DNA from: a virus
Taxonomy: Duplodnaviria; Caudoviricetes
DNA: 58,125 bases
Virus record (IMG/VR): IMGVR_UViG_3300020470_004573
Location: 1-58,125 of that record
Reading direction: 5' to 3' (one strand)
Position numbers and translations under genes: made by a program. Numbering within the stretch: the stretch's first letter is position 1; every line of letters starts with the position of its first letter. The notes under the pieces are model-generated. The model did not search any database, was not told the origin of the DNA, and saw only the letters and a program-made list of their open reading frames with translations. Of this stretch, positions 35,601-40,931 are shown piece after piece.

Positions 35601-36368
35601 ACCATCACTATTAATTGATTCAATCCAATAATCTGATATATCAATATCTGTATTGGTTACATTAGTTAATTCAATCCACTGTGGGATTTTAACTTGGTAG
35701 TCAGATACAGCTTCATCACCTTCGTCATCTTTTAAAAAAACTTCCGATATGATAACATCATAGGAAGGTGGATATGTACAACAATCTGTAATGTTGGGGT
35801 CTGGAACTCCACTCGAATCAGGACAACCAGGATTTGATGAACTACCATTATCAGCAGTATCATCAGCACATCCATACGACATTAAGTATGTAGAAACATC
35901 AAGATTAGTTGATTCACAATTAGCTATACCAGCAGCTAACGCTGCACATGCAGGTAGATTCGGATTACATCCATAATCTTCTACTGGGTCAAATGAAAAT
36001 GTAAAAGTTTGATTTTCATATATTTCATATTGTGGATTACTATCTGTAATTTGAAAATTATAGTTAAGTACAGCACCACCATCTACAGTAAATGCACCTT
36101 TTAATGTATATTTACCATTCGAACAACAAGTTCCAGGTGGAATACAATTTACATTATCGTGAAGTCCCGGTGGAGCTATTTGATTAAAATTATCACATAC
36201 TCCAGTACAAGTTACATCCACCAATGTTACTTCAGGATAATCTACCCAATAGTCTCCACTACAACATCCGTTTGGTGAAGATGTATAACATGAATCAATC
36301 TGCGCTTGTGAAGTACAAGTCGTTGATGTAATTAATCCATTTATTGAAACTGGTAATGTATATGCCAT
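17694..36368 (-). CDS. giant Cys-rich multidomain virion/adhesin-like protein (6224 aa)
   Basis: Uninterrupted 18.7 kb ORF in the baseplate block. DxCGVCxG, GCxDxxAxNY and YxDxDGDG repeats; LTD-like, two cohesin-like, CBM4_9-like, FN3-like, PKD-like and split LamG-like segments; no signal peptide. Confidence 0.75.
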   Translation of the reverse strand: MAYTLPVSINGLITSTTCTSQAQIDSCYTSSPNGCCSGDYWVDYPEVTLVDVTCTGVCDNFNQIAPPGLHDNVNCIPPGTCCSNGKYTLKGAFTVDGGAVLNYNFQITDSNPQYEIYENQTFTFSFDPVEDYGCNPNLPACAALAAGIANCESTNLDVSTYLMSYGCADDTADNGSSSNPGCPDSSGVPDPNITDCCTYPPSYDVIISEVFLKDDEGDEAVSDYQVKIPQWIELTNVTNTDIDISDYWIESINSDGDRISLSPLSGIDGYTENNNNGFIYKSIMKSKDNSPIHNYYCPSNSPHEYYNFSDCNDNCDDTCIFVRHGDKYVVISNHEENNYGVFNSSGEFSPNLSFGDLINDIEGDLETLENEWVGINATLLPLNISFTDFKLDKQIQVVDNECTSTPWIDYRNQHAGEVHGSGKIILWKSNPDESYFPQMESIFCYDRTISGTYPKGYPLEYNSHNPGAIPLIEHITDLNNWDLDDTNSAPLLKTGSSLNRIYSFLNYSGSEIDFIEPNASNNQETTLPPEFDFADNYGTPIDVNQIYSTSILSGWCDDFTQEDLNINEADCDGTWYKVCTDVDALNYICRRDEFVFNTDICPSGVATQPEQLPLWVLDDEENNNNSCYYQLVNDCTHSNANNYWCDESGDGQEDLCTGGEINQDCCTGLADTMDNSCSSPCVVDDGSCMWDVYLYFGDVEHSTNTLTFKMWNPRPVDEINQITLDGIKVTSCEPPNANWTCDFEHTGLPDNPQSLITLNQTISIPLPTPSSYGDFPCSDSTCTVGNTLFTVTYESLIDDVNQDDNQTLNIRNNSLSFSIDQTSPIITFSTNESGGFNIIDTDTLSTDCNGHPYRTGDAHTATDNCNQCAASDYSDGCWYNDNGETCTYCYEQCSDTLVSGTCHSCAGCDGIPGSGKIYDDTGNCVEGPEPLNGDWFLCSDGTTQCNPTSGTACSNTPTNCTLWSCDNGVCVNTNKCDSSGACGSGNLWWDCNGGCSCPTDDQYSMACNYTIDNCTNCHQNGYSSGGTGIWTNADCLVAHGNVQYPNPSNLHACCDCASVVNGSNTNNSCNWGTATYSCGNPPPCPDGYDCTLENGTTTNGVPVWYLDSDSDGIGCPPSLDDGGGLIGGQQSQCTQPAGYANKASGVETTALNCECPNQTWNACGQCDPTYTTTDCQDCAGNVAPCDGGSVDPGQAWTDQCNSWVREDLCGVCGGTCWSTEWTQWPNGTGLTTCPSSTCTCCDCEGTPNGTATLNCNGDCECSDSWTLGDYAGHNAVCGGTQYDECGVCNGQGRSKDCQGTCAPGDNVSTDEGCGAGEGYNIIAGACQTHLGSCNEVTADGSSPGDDTTPLTNCGRDECGICEGDGTTTYYYDTDGDGTSNCEVEQEFCPYDDTTGWNNTCDNDEDETCFSNEFDECGVCDGDNSSCSDCFNVPNGTNEIDDCGICSCIGDNCGGNNYVANSSKDACGVCQNQGGNETGTCYSGTFNTGVPCKQLGNNPNLSDCPYPTFCFVVGDDADCAGVCSGTALTDECGKCICGDFQDPVVSDTGGLCLDLYWNSFCLDNCGIPNGNNATNVGCGCNYGSSSNGPSPGQYYLDEDGDGLGCGSASTLCLSQGDTIVNVGTVYPLVSSMSGSWVTNNDDGQCDCYSNDTDDCGVCAGDNTSCSGCLDANACSTSGTTDCANPPVKDGTDYSCCDYTSCCTNGNGTTEGTGSCVCYDTFCGPQCQYSVDDCGYCITGTSDYTPYNLGGNYLGQVTVAGETKDCAGVCDGPHTTDCGGQCECSGSWTTKEEHNLACDGTHQYDDCGYCRDGSTDYNSTVDCRGITGDLICSDGTDGAINQTIIYSGIPDDVDPFSWSCSSHPNTNCTDNAMVVTDIVDNLGNPGKEVSGVSCTKMELEGNDTDPCLSNNNGLRIINVDHTIGGLIPGEELVLSFRYWSENNRKVATSLYASGSPSYRCHLGCNSAASCFANDQADAWVDYTITGTAAEQSVLCQEKAIALGVDWWAGDYLYWNYNSDSPWGTESEPDGDGWRNVTARWIIPHWYDPDYADDNIRIYLRDGSHYSVNSYENNSYRFSNVELIRTSGCTDYLEPCGTNGYCVDVACDTGDYDHSTNNCGDCVSSTDYCCVQGCDSSWYHGYDQSGSQCVDDGHPNDGRYPENDVCGICDGDGSTCAPEFSFGTFNTSTGKLPVRITNTTEISHITQIHFNLFSKPGDDPITIGSVSKIHPNINTVVVNSPTDEGDYLQYQVQMTTNTPIPIGTDTELFTLDLLVNGASWSPNYNSFYIDFYNLTAEYGGTYVYRDSAGDTYLDTSLHNVVSYGAPLYISYGCLDPYAGNCTSVDNCGCDYTLDIFECDYVHYQPECEYPTFDITHFEVGGTKTEVLSQNEHFCNATDVYNNTCNDFFDYGLSHTPSPYINSFNGQALEFNVFNQDNAVQHNMSTFKYDIDYDFTTNLSYDRGSGDPYTITSNSASAINTLVGRGVFGINGPNTFNLDDCGGGAGTCYNTYSFTDVNDITGTENHVVLSNSTWESSYWDSATACGGDPCPYSGTNYVTIWWPYNWYELTDPLTGATMTGPRYKRQVAVNLKRYGCQDSDNSTCNYSNRYSNGCFDSNGDETCCLYKSELYNTTYNCCLPGLKDSCNYCPEDTLTQNGATEYSVHGVGQITYYGDPDLDLQGCGEITNSNCPHIDPGNGWYHCREGQGCNVECSGTCNNDIVYSLWPSRATLDLIGDQYCDCVAPDGTPGAFDTWCDGDCVEVCTNNMMTEEQFLGGYTEYGITDFVGEDILGTPINEFTVWNNTTEGASSEILEGDSESFTIQINDGGLDRNHVQVFPSYPSNIPLDEGDVYRVIFKILSTIDRTINVRLIEHSNGEDWDEDGTSWETYGLNENFEVTANNDKNKVYEFIANSQVTKPSTGQGNPHASLRFGLGGDNLPPHQVIISDVRVIHMSRDEIVRSTDCNSTYPQNGFCVQDENGTGVCRYVDDCGLCYNNGPNGISVPLENNSIINIASGEGTNQDCNGVCFPYTEQFESSWDFPYDNNFGSYIDDCGVCSGTTTEHEAGEDIDECGSCFGTCLVQPDDLTNVLGLGTITPDSDGNCYIWEGGCYDCASNNVGSGGDPIVDFDVCGVCGGDGYDDVVNECCSTEGQPYYNGVADCSGQCGGTNEVDDWGNCCPPADFRTVYPDLDYTTTGTGECRTGTPSFDGCTGEIGVCQGGAEEEYTCTNAVEGDCTCEDGGTFYPVTTLRICVGNLSDENNVYYGGTVDGLPSITQPDINSIGTNISDFTGHFYLSTDFCPGYGPDECGECWDTPGEVNNNKDCNGTCTCNDLGEECQYKLDECGVCYDSYAIDPPNDCGFKCLDSEANNYDSSSPSLDCVNVLNGGDFTCCSYNFDVPLYATGHCDNDPSIECIDGSQCGGGVCRYVVTVNDQVDSNFPTILKWSYDPGQNMGMGYEEGVEKFAIYRSVDLGATWYSLGDVLSDFYTYEKVSATEVNYQFTDTFVDGTNDIDWSAVTDVSYYIVSTGGLGIEAQSEIVTVSNDHYSPTMTASVVKPIGGDSESWSSPNCSGDSPDVQSCDWNFTKDDKIWLKIQYSFIPFNINRDFSIEFIGNGWTETPSLNQLGELPTWTNGSDGTSTGNWYCPTPFGRWVDGDGNDKQFLSQSDCENGIDDWPGCYWSEGDIDDDTRKVGCVQYYDKYFDITDVVWNNATISDHTNYPSTGILPIYGELNYPTLGVMYDNVTFSIITKQGCIDEPIIDGEGVWINGACICDTCSNMCGSCDSNGITDYYSCTDDSSSVFESYCDSTHHLLNSPNECLVSLDSKSAFYDPQASWDHCVDGNGNIKINFECTNDTQCVEFAINQGDWEGSVDDAKCASSCRYPVIGCQDDGRVDNLAPNGTFYENNQGSFGHVLDETYKCENSNGNILDFGKDSTCSRTINGVVGICVGSSGDVLLEYSNEAFCLDSSNDFDWPRTFVTDIDCVTECLLSPSPAVNFLYGSTYDPYNECLYGGCLDPDAINYALRDFTLSADYGCEGNGCNTWITNGGCVLPFDYMLQIKYYENQTLKVDEVGVELLKDENAHCEIEGVESEEIFTETQCDNAGGDWIIDYLILRKPILGSFTCNGVNDSESGGLPCQFLPEDCNFNPQDCTESTWDDNDLRVIVTGGQGWNCLGDDSGLLYTTYNECREECIQYEILPTNEYCISKEEYGTEYDVLCGDLTDGQSCEDYIASSGTGTGQSVCDFITEWPSDEECELFSCEGFEEFGQYGASCTSSGEPCGPDNDGDGVLDGVCVYGCGECNSINQRGASWYTTEEYPFNYSVFDLSDGVCNSTIAPFGYTTPEEWNDLCDGMGGGWHDYALSDGGEILYSDQDCQETGDECVRIDPYEAGYGYTPDDLTEITRFYEVTVTDPNKNSIDPNGDGFTHVQRTKRLWVKWVRNDYPLVINGLNTGGTLQDVSTTGITLRVGQEEDRLYTVDFTDPENSNNNAYDVPTFTMYYSSNTEEDLPLNINITPEGTLFIGSPESVGHWTVTIYANQTPFETPPEDLRLYWKGIPTTCTCDPHLETMTCSCVKYEFEISSIDTSGPEGVVVPVLVSSFGVSPDTYLFSVSGGDLRERLYWDDEVGNTGVYDFPNPNYGGWLSKNAAMYSSDGSCDTLHYESNTESPNNQYDKLNCETYGVCVENSGTCSNGESDVTIGECVTYGNCLSHYEDPHYPMQITSDECTSLGVCYESGCVETGTCSVTTSTPCTADDDCPSGEICDPPPVCETIGMSCCFDEDCPDYCLGIEESVCDGLGGTWEAFDWEAHEFNAYIIHDRQEAQCTDGTWIGYNWLGSGIEPDFNPGGTDTHDTIWRYDLSIYHCVDENGEEVDYEDCNEYEGRCSDCQFELEDGTSCNQIDNRLDCENDEDSEGAGGIWITTKAQLIDGYPKTWRDWTIAYPFNEYGLDWYYPPIQSLPTDPPEVYVESGNTFTNRYVCPDGSYCPGYGSDYGIDEPDECQLPWPDGTIIDGVDYSGTTDCVRACEHPDNWPCTGDGNTREGNWVKDLLMYGHTHRFSEVGTYKVVMQAFDTYWSSVPDDDVSGGTETGYNAKRLDINYVIPIKQTLPKRYLPWQGVNIPETLNVPLNNSRRRIESVDLDERPQLGCFIYRETDDGYEDLVRWDSVASGSYISPFDQTVVHGGAGDFIPDVDARTPMSFTGESYRLSGNYSTVFEYYDPKLQPEHYNETTAGTEVQFYFYAREYGNGIMFEEKDAFEDLVYNENLYVGFIDWGDGTSMEYDTEPFQLGYDSVLTHNYERPGIYEMTGRMFRVVRYNPADCESYCQDACSGFNVWPLYEETESYVSCLYACGDECDEVGIPEELAQVGRVMGIDKHHKFLVRFKVSKNIGYENEHEQVGGAGYTFIPYNDSTPFVGGISEDSIYFKSIKRQLGYVGDEQNPFKLNFQNYNDRLESEYALALLKEDYIGEEMSKFTGSGAHIFSFNEQIQSDDKIKTYVYENSNDVPLQLSSSLVQGFFSGSVDQYGSLNNPSSTVQINQGDFQKYSEFGNHIGNIDMSQNRYFTKPIDMWQMLGFNCDIYSAVDTIPLNNPEAGMNYRNHSQDVGNTTEVLAPDGTNTATKLFDVSSTTDTNDIRFGYKFKITKDGLGKGLNYNGLSSLSDHYNPNLKEGQTYTFSTYVYIPEGNQVGEDLDQPEFRMNANQVCNNSDWAQHGNNQGNGIITYGDPTTSQYCITQEFLDQTPNGIVDKEWCNTFLEEECDMGIFCEWDGAECVPNDSSAIEHYSCYQGCYTIDGGIANQDNQWDYQGDVTYAGHRTVDISNTINADMIGEWHRIYGTFTTQDIDLFGQYINVQIVSPFGRPGGDQPGNTSDVLYVWGAQLELGDTLSPYTIEDIDYTDCIESYGGNPSSDRYWKNIIPKDFTIEDRIGVSLNQQSFLNNELVNSDIVLNPNPYFSDFEFIEKDSVEEYDGIKMIKITHLENDKNETAGSSINFNDPQSSGQFIGNYTWEEGKTYIISCKAFYEGTINDSYSPQVRFIDENGYQEIQFLTFYNEYNYVPYEFEYVYNPNGDTQSLGFLGINQNSSIYVWDLSIKEKTNLITEELIIDEESDQSWIDGYYYPVLPRVDRFGNFTQIMQGSGRIPFGPPNRMWNEKDLTSPVTDSNYKDSSLLIDTDLNQSISGLSEDKSGNENIGLGVGDYRIEFDDGRKPERNPIIIESKNTSDEKAF
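26200..33800 (-). repeat. protein-level Cys-rich repeat arrays (DxCGVCxG, DCxGxC, YxDxDGDG) in the giant protein
   Basis: Examples: DLCGVCGG, DECGVCNG, DECGICEG, DECGVCDG, DDCGVCAG, DDCGVCSG, YYYDTDGDG, YYLDEDGDGLG. Interrupted by globular domains; boundaries approximate. Confidence 0.8.
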
Positions 36369-36372
36369 TTAA

Positions 36373-39300
36373 TTAAGTCCCCAACTCAAAATCTTTAAAT
36401 TTAATATAAGTTCCTGGACTATTAGCAGCCGCTAATAACAAGAAACCTTGACCAGGAGAAAATGTTAACTTTGGACTCCATCCAGATGAACAATTATCGG
36501 CTCCAAAAAATAAATCACAAACACTGCCATAATATATCGATGTTTCAATCATATTAGTAACGGACTCTTCAACTATAGTATTTTTAGATACAGTTAACTG
36601 GTAAGCAAATGCATCAGATAATTCTACCATAATCCCCTGTAAATAAGTATTATAATCTGATAAAGTTCCTCCAAATTCTGTGAAGGTTTGTGGTTTTTCA
36701 CTATAAAAAGAAGTTGATAATATTCCAATTTCAGATTCTTCTTGTAATGTATATGCCACATAATTCAAATTAACAAATGCAGATTCTTGAGCATATCCAT
36801 AAGCATCAAGAGCTGGTGTATCACCTACAAATCTATCAACACTAACAGTTGGAACATGTGTTGAAGCATCTACAAAATCAGTAGAGTTCGTACAATATAA
36901 ATCATAATAAGCAGTTGATGTAGCAGTATCACAATATGTACTATTATCAATTAAATAATTACAAGCAAGAGCCTGTTGATTATTTAAATCACTAAAGTTA
37001 CAACAAGTACCATCATCAGCTGTTGCATTAGAATCATAATTGTCAGCTGTTGAATCCATACAACCATCTATATATTGACAAGTTCCGTTGTCTACCGTAG
37101 CAGATGAATCATAATTAGTAGCATTTGGGTCAGTACATCCAGAACAAGAGGAGTTGTCACCTCCGTCTGCAATACATACACCACATAAATCTTTATCATT
37201 ATTTCCAAAACAAATATCACATTCATCAAGGTCTGAACTATAACAACAATCACCATATCTATCAATTGATTCTACACACTCACCGGCACAATTATAAATT
37301 GGTTCAGGGTCAGGTTCAAAACAAACTCCACAAATATTTTGGTCAGCGTTACCACCCTCACATACTCCACAATCGTCTGTGGTAGCCGAACCATCACACT
37401 CACCAAAACAATCATAAGTAAAACTTTGACAATCAGGGTCTTGTTCTTCGTTACAAATATTTGTCGTAGTATCTAAATTAGAACAATGGTCTTCCCATCC
37501 AGATTCAGGTACTAAACAATTACCAGTTCCTGCATGTACACCGAAATCTGCACAAGTGATTGATGTTATATTCCCTATCTCACTACACCATTCAAAACCT
37601 TCACCTTGAGCAAGTCCATCACTATCTTCATCTGGCCAATACATTATTGTACCTGATACTCCACATCCACATCCTAAATCTAATGCGTTATTACCACCAC
37701 AAACACCACATTCATCTAAAGTATTACCGAAACAATCACACTCTCCATCTGGAATACCTGAACCACCACATACACCACAATCATCAATATCTACAATACA
37801 ATTACCATCACAATCAAAGTTTTCTTGTGGGTATTCACAATTATTTAAATTAATATAACAATCACCATAAGATGTAGGGTCTGTATAATTACAAGATGTT
37901 GAATCAATACAATCAATTTCAGTCAGACTATTACTTAATGAATTAAACCACCCATCTCCAAGAAGTGTACAATCACCTGCACATAAATCAATAGATACAG
38001 TAGAGTCATAACATTGACTAACACTTTCATATTGATGATAACAAGTTGTAGATGTAGGTAATACACAAGAGCTATCATCAAATAATGCAGATGAATCATA
38101 GTTACATGCATTTTGATTTGTACAACCACTACAAGTCGCATTCCAATCTAAACTACCTTCATCTTCAGGTACACACGCACCACAACCGTCTATACAAGAA
38201 CCTAAAACTCCTTCAGTACATTGATATCCTATCCAAGAATTATTTACAGTACAATCATCGGAAACTTCTACAGAAATGTCATCGCTGAACGATACTCCAA
38301 AAGCTGCGGCACAACATTCTTCTGGAGAACCATATGTTCCATTAACATGTTCTTGCTCTGAAGGTCCACCACCTGGTGTAGTACATACTTTACACATACC
38401 ACCTGAACCAACACCAAAAATTATTGTACCTAAAATTTCTCCACCACATGTATTAGGACAATCACATTCATCATCATCATAATTTTGAACATAAGTTCCA
38501 CCACTAACTAAAATATCATCAGGACACAAGTCAGCAGGTTGATTACCACAACCCATTCCATCTCCATCATCGTCTCGATAATAAGTTAGTTTTGGAACAT
38601 TATTACAACCACACCCATAATTAATTGTACCATCACACGCACATGTACCTTCAGCTGATAAATCTATTTCACAATCACTACCATCAGGAGATGAAGAGTC
38701 TCCAATATAACAACAACAATCATTAGGACCTTCTGTTGTTAAAACTTGAGTTTCTTCAGTTTCATCACAAACACCAGGTATAAATTGTTGACAATTACAA
38801 TCTATCCAACCATCATCTCCGGATACCTCATAATCCACATTAGTTCTATTCGCCCATCTCCACGCACCTTGCATTCCCTCGTGATAAATAAATCCGTAAT
38901 GATTTTTTCCACTTTCAACAATAGTTCCAGCAGACCAATTAGAAACTGTACCTGCACATACATCTGAACAAAAAGCATCTCTTGTAAGACTACCATCTAA
39001 ATCATCACCTTCTTGCCAACCACCCCTATAACCTAATAAATTTATTTTATGAGACCACTGTGGATAATCTATATAGATATCACCAAATCCGTGATGATAA
39101 TCATCTATTTTATAACTATGATGGTCATCCATTGAGCTACCGTAGTTTATAAATGTGTCAGGGTGGTGATGACTATATAATGGAGATTGTCCAAATGTAT
39201 CATAATAACATTCATTATTAGAAACATCATATATCCATCCGACGCCATTCTCATAATCAATCTTATTTTTATAGTATCCACTACTACCCTCATTAACTCT

Positions 39301-40914
39301 TCCTGGGGCTGTTGGACATAACATATAAATATTTGGATTAGTAAACCTACATGTGGATACTTGTCCAGACATTGGTTCTGTAGATTCTACAGACGATGAG
39401 TCACAAGGTACATTAGCTGATGGGTTATAGTTACAAGCACTTGAATCCATACAACCAACGACAACTTCGTCACAAAAACCTTCTTGACAATAAGGTACAT
39501 TACTATTCCAACAATTACCAATTATTTCTAAATAACTACAATTACACCCAAGACCATATGGAGGATAAATACAAGACCCATCGTTTTGTTCTGCGTTTGA
39601 GTCGAAGTTACAAGCCGTACCATCCGTACATCCCAATACAGGTAAAGAAGGACAATAAGTATCTATAAAGTTTGTTCCTATTCCAGGATAATCTCCCTGC
39701 GTTAAATGTCCAAAAAGGGAATCAAACAAAGAATAAAATGCATCCCAATTATTAATTATGCCAGCTTGATAAGATATCCAACTTTGTAAATCAGTATAAG
39801 GACCTGCAGGAAAAACAGTATGACCTTGATCAGCTGAATAACCTATGACCATATAAGTTTGTAGGGCTTCAAAGAACTCATTTTCTGATAATGTTTGCCA
39901 ATCACAACCTACACAAGTTTCAGGACAAGATTGTGGGTCAATGTAATAATCAGGTAAACAATCCATCCCCTCACCATCACAACAAGAAAGCTCATCACAA
40001 CAAGATTCACCATTACCACACCCATCCTCGTCTTCACAATCGTGATATGGTGGTATATAATATCCTGGTATTGGGTCACAATCAGACATATCAAAATTAG
40101 GATTATCTCCACCTAATATACAATTTACCAACCATACTATATCTAATACATTTTGTTGACCATCGCCAGTTACATCACCCGGAAGTCCACCACCTACTTC
40201 TGTACCGTAAATAGGGTCAAGTCCTTGTGCGATTAAACACACATTATCATAACAACAAGAACCATCATCCGTTTCAGCGTCAGCGTCAAAGTTAGCCGCA
40301 TATATGTCTGTACATCCTGCTGTTAATGTAGGGTCAAAATCATCATCGGATGAGTCATCATCACCAGGGTCAATATCAACAGTATCTCCATCATCTGTAC
40401 AGCATTCATCACAACATCTATGTATTTTTGGATTGACAGGAATAGATGTATAATCACCATAAGAAACAAAACCATCAATATCGTAATTACAATCATCACA
40501 ATTAAATGAATCACATTCACATTTATAAGTATCATCGGCAGGTACACATTCACAACTACAAGAGTCTTGTATTGAATCAAAATATTCTGATTCTTTAAAT
40601 TGTGCAAGTGATGTACATTTTGGGACAAAGTTTCCAGAACTACCACATTGAGTTACAGGCACACAATTATTTTGTTTAATTGGTTCTATACCAACAGTTT
40701 CAATATTTTTTTTTCTGGGTCTACAAGTACAAGATGGTTTTACTGGATTTGGTATAATAGGATTATATTCTTCTTCTTGACTTAAAGGAGTTGACCCATC
40801 TAAACCACTATGGTCTAAAGCATATTGAAATAACATTTCAGCCCCTTGACGAAAGTCATATTTACGAGCTTCTCTTATTATTTCTTGTTCCGTGACTTTA
40901 TTCTTTTCAGCCAT
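36373..40914 (-). CDS. Cys-rich virion protein (1513 aa) with dockerin-like motif
   Basis: GDVTGDGQQNVLDIVWLVNCILG, six GC[TM][DN]xxAxN[YF] repeats, many DxCGVC repeats. Confidence 0.7.
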   Translation of the reverse strand: MAEKNKVTEQEIIREARKYDFRQGAEMLFQYALDHSGLDGSTPLSQEEEYNPIIPNPVKPSCTCRPRKKNIETVGIEPIKQNNCVPVTQCGSSGNFVPKCTSLAQFKESEYFDSIQDSCSCECVPADDTYKCECDSFNCDDCNYDIDGFVSYGDYTSIPVNPKIHRCCDECCTDDGDTVDIDPGDDDSSDDDFDPTLTAGCTDIYAANFDADAETDDGSCCYDNVCLIAQGLDPIYGTEVGGGLPGDVTGDGQQNVLDIVWLVNCILGGDNPNFDMSDCDPIPGYYIPPYHDCEDEDGCGNGESCCDELSCCDGEGMDCLPDYYIDPQSCPETCVGCDWQTLSENEFFEALQTYMVIGYSADQGHTVFPAGPYTDLQSWISYQAGIINNWDAFYSLFDSLFGHLTQGDYPGIGTNFIDTYCPSLPVLGCTDGTACNFDSNAEQNDGSCIYPPYGLGCNCSYLEIIGNCWNSNVPYCQEGFCDEVVVGCMDSSACNYNPSANVPCDSSSVESTEPMSGQVSTCRFTNPNIYMLCPTAPGRVNEGSSGYYKNKIDYENGVGWIYDVSNNECYYDTFGQSPLYSHHHPDTFINYGSSMDDHHSYKIDDYHHGFGDIYIDYPQWSHKINLLGYRGGWQEGDDLDGSLTRDAFCSDVCAGTVSNWSAGTIVESGKNHYGFIYHEGMQGAWRWANRTNVDYEVSGDDGWIDCNCQQFIPGVCDETEETQVLTTEGPNDCCCYIGDSSSPDGSDCEIDLSAEGTCACDGTINYGCGCNNVPKLTYYRDDDGDGMGCGNQPADLCPDDILVSGGTYVQNYDDDECDCPNTCGGEILGTIIFGVGSGGMCKVCTTPGGGPSEQEHVNGTYGSPEECCAAAFGVSFSDDISVEVSDDCTVNNSWIGYQCTEGVLGSCIDGCGACVPEDEGSLDWNATCSGCTNQNACNYDSSALFDDSSCVLPTSTTCYHQYESVSQCYDSTVSIDLCAGDCTLLGDGWFNSLSNSLTEIDCIDSTSCNYTDPTSYGDCYINLNNCEYPQENFDCDGNCIVDIDDCGVCGGSGIPDGECDCFGNTLDECGVCGGNNALDLGCGCGVSGTIMYWPDEDSDGLAQGEGFEWCSEIGNITSITCADFGVHAGTGNCLVPESGWEDHCSNLDTTTNICNEEQDPDCQSFTYDCFGECDGSATTDDCGVCEGGNADQNICGVCFEPDPEPIYNCAGECVESIDRYGDCCYSSDLDECDICFGNNDKDLCGVCIADGGDNSSCSGCTDPNATNYDSSATVDNGTCQYIDGCMDSTADNYDSNATADDGTCCNFSDLNNQQALACNYLIDNSTYCDTATSTAYYDLYCTNSTDFVDASTHVPTVSVDRFVGDTPALDAYGYAQESAFVNLNYVAYTLQEESEIGILSTSFYSEKPQTFTEFGGTLSDYNTYLQGIMVELSDAFAYQLTVSKNTIVEESVTNMIETSIYYGSVCDLFFGADNCSSGWSPKLTFSPGQGFLLLAAANSPGTYIKFKDFELGT
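37000..40320 (-). repeat. GC[TM][DN]xxAxN[YF]DxxAxxDDG[ST]C repeats and DxCGVC repeats
   Basis: GCTDIYAANFDADAETDDGSC, GCTDGTACNFDSNAEQNDGSC, GCMDSSACNYN, GCTNQNACNYD, GCTDPNATNYDSSATVDNGTC, GCMDSTADNYDSNATADDGTC. Confidence 0.85.
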
Positions 40915-40931
40915 AACCTATAAGTCCCCTT

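Noticed and set aside
17694-36368. Tape-measure protein, intein or NRPS explanation for the giant ORF
   Set aside because: Not helical or Ala-rich; no intein, LAGLIDADG or adenylation motifs recognised.
17694-40914. Eukaryotic or giant-virus origin of the Cys-rich proteins (EGF/VSP-like), also suggested by the PMM type and the Mre11-Rad50 fusion
   Set aside because: Embedded in an operon with gp25, gp6-like and spike genes; SD sites, coupled genes and sigma70-type promoters indicate a bacteriophage.
14971-40914. Diversity-generating retroelement target or invertible cassette
   Set aside because: No reverse transcriptase or recombinase in the window and no near-identical nucleotide repeat pair seen; the repeats are diverged and protein-level.
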